A stretch of DNA of 63,473 nt, counting the filler, from Octopus bimaculoides (taxonomy: Eukaryota), in NCBI RefSeq assembly GCF_001194135.2. It is 4 parts of 4 records of this genome, joined end to end, with 100 filler letters (N's around TTAATTAATTAA, not from the genome) between each part and the next. Parts side by side here need not be neighbours in the genome. Positions count along the whole stretch, not along the records: positions 59,186 to 62,067 come from NW_026345246.1; positions 62,168 to 63,473 come from NW_026351177.1; 2 more parts are not named here. The stretch is one strand, 5' to 3'. A program made the position numbers and the translations under genes. Shown in pieces: positions 61,240-63,473 of this stretch. A model generated the notes under the pieces. The model saw only the letters and a program-made list of their open reading frames with translations. It did no database searches and was not told the origin of the DNA. Within the stretch, counting starts at the first letter, position 1. Each line of letters begins with the position of its first letter.

Positions 61240-61545
61240 ATAAATATCAGGGGGTGACGAAAACTCGATTAAGTACCGCCCGATGCATTCCAAGGCGTTT
61301 TGGACATTTCAGGGGCGCGCCCTCACGGCTGAGATAATCTCTTATCTTAGCGGTCTGAACTATAGCAGCATTAGCTGCAAATAGGAAGTCTTGAAATGAC
61401 TTGGACATACTGGAGCCATTGTGGATTTATTGGACAAGGGCGTTTGGTTCGGCAATTATCTGAGCTGGAGGACAAAGGTTCGGGTCGTTATATCTCTGCT
61501 CCTCCTTGTCTTGCTATGTTATTGTTAGATCTGGTCACTGCCTGA
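61240..61545 (-). mobile_element. Possible RTE-clade RT relic, internally deleted
   Basis: Minus frame IHNGSSMSKSF joined to DFLFAANAAIV (cf. RTE V.HNG..S..F and LLFADDAALV). Confidence 0.3.
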
Positions 61546-61569
61546 GGCCTGAGCTCCTTTGGTGCCAAG

Positions 61570-61603
61570 ATAGATAGGTAGATAGATAGATAGATAGACA
61601 GGC

Positions 61604-61670
<67 letters not shown>

Positions 61671-61675
61671 CAGGC

Positions 61676-61728
<53 letters not shown>

Positions 61729-62034
61729 CACAGAGAGATAGACAGACAAAAGAAAGACAGACAGGCAGACATACATACAGACAAACAGTCAGCTAGATAG
61801 ACAGAGAGACAGATAGTTAGACAGACGGGCGGACAGACGGACAGATAGGTACAAACAGACAGACAGATAATCAGATGCAAATCTTATCAATCAGCCTTGC
61901 CACCTGAAGCTGATATCACTGACCCAAGGTAATTGGTAGATTGATAGAAGTCAATTAGTGAAGTAGCTATCGCGTCACATACAGGCGGAAGGACATATAT
62001 CTGCACACGTGCGTACGCAGGCATGTGCCAGTAT

Positions 62035-62067
<33 letters not shown>

Positions 62068-63473
62068 NNNNNNNNNNNNNNNNNNNNNNNNNNNNNNNNN
62101 NNNNNNNNNNNTTAATTAATTAANNNNNNNNNNNNNNNNNNNNNNNNNNNNNNNNNNNNNNNNNNNNTACATACATACATGTATATGCACACGCATATAC
62201 ATGTATACATTCACAGACACGTACATACATATGTACGTATGTACGAACATGCATAGATACATATATACACATATGCACAATTGCATACATACATACTTGC
62301 ATTCATACATACAGGCATTAATGCATATATATATGCATACATACATACATACATATACACATGCATATGCATGTATACATTCAGACACGTACATACATAT
62401 GTACGTATATACGAACATTCATGCATACATATATATACACATATGCACAATTGCATACATACATACATNNNNNNNNNNNNNNNNNNNNNNNNNNNNNNNN
62501 ATACATACATACATACATGCATACATACATACATACATACATACATAGATTGCTTCTTCAGCATCAGAAAGATGATGTAAAAGTAACATTTAGGATCAAG
62601 ACTTGAGCATGTTGTGTACAATATCGTAGTAGTTCCACGTCTAAGCTGTAATGGAGTCAGCAAAGGGGCAAATACAAACATACACAAACATACACAAACA
62701 TACACAAACATACATACAAACATACATAAATAGATATATGCATACACGTATACTTATATACATACATACATNNNNNNNNNNTTATATACATACATACATC
62801 CAAGCGAAAATACATACACGTACATAAAAGCAAACATACATACATACACATGCATAAATACATACATACATACACATACATAANNNNNNNNNNTACATAC
62901 ATACATACACATACATAAATACATACGTACAAGCATACATTCTTATATACAAACATACAAGCATACATTCTTATATACATACATATATATATATATATAT
63001 ACACATATATACACACTTATATAAATGCATACGTGCATGCGTACATACCTGCAGACACACACATAGATAAATACATACAAACATACATTCTTATATACAT
63101 ACATATATACATATATACACACTGATATACATGCACGCATGCGTACATACATACACATGCATACATAAATGCATACATACACATACATACATTTCATACA
63201 TACATNNNNNNNNNNATGCATACATAAATGCATACATACACATACATACATTTCATACATACATACATACGTATGTACGTACATGCTTGCATAAATACAT
63301 ACACACATATACATATGTACGTACATACATACTTATATACCTACATACATACATACATACATATATTCATACAAACATTCCTGCATGCATTTATACATAT
63401 GTACATACATACATACATACATGCATATATACATACATGCAGGAATTTATACATACATTCATGCATACATACA
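61570..63473. repeat. (GATA)n, (CA)n and degenerate (TACA)n/(TA)n microsatellite field
   Basis: Directly visible; many small gaps. Confidence 0.95.

Overview
This is an AT-rich, microsatellite-saturated animal genomic window with many N gaps. The SINE families and repeat landscape look like octopus (inference from recalled repeat families, not a database search). No intact cellular gene or RNA gene can be supported, and there is no CRISPR array. Nearly all recognisable sequence is decayed or nested mobile DNA: three Tx1/L1-type LINE pieces, two truncated Gypsy LTR elements joined by a Dong/R4-type LINE, two mariner remnants, two different Penelope-like elements (one Neptune-like, one Naiad-like), a HERO/NeSL-like endonuclease fragment, a probable piggyBac relic, two MITEs, and about 28 tRNA-derived SINE copies from three or four families. 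I did not find a new protein-coding system. The best leads are: (i) a SINE family with interchangeable 3' tails, one matching the 3' end of the Tx1/L1-type LINEs in this window; (ii) a minimal type I hammerhead motif with a non-canonical CUGUUGA core at a Penelope pLTR; (iii) a GG-ended MITE with an 8-bp TSD (Merlin-like) carrying telomere-like repeats; (iv) a SINE flanked by a ~90-bp duplication. All alignments were done by eye, and boundaries are approximate unless a TSD or TIR is quoted. SINE family labels A-D are my own working names.
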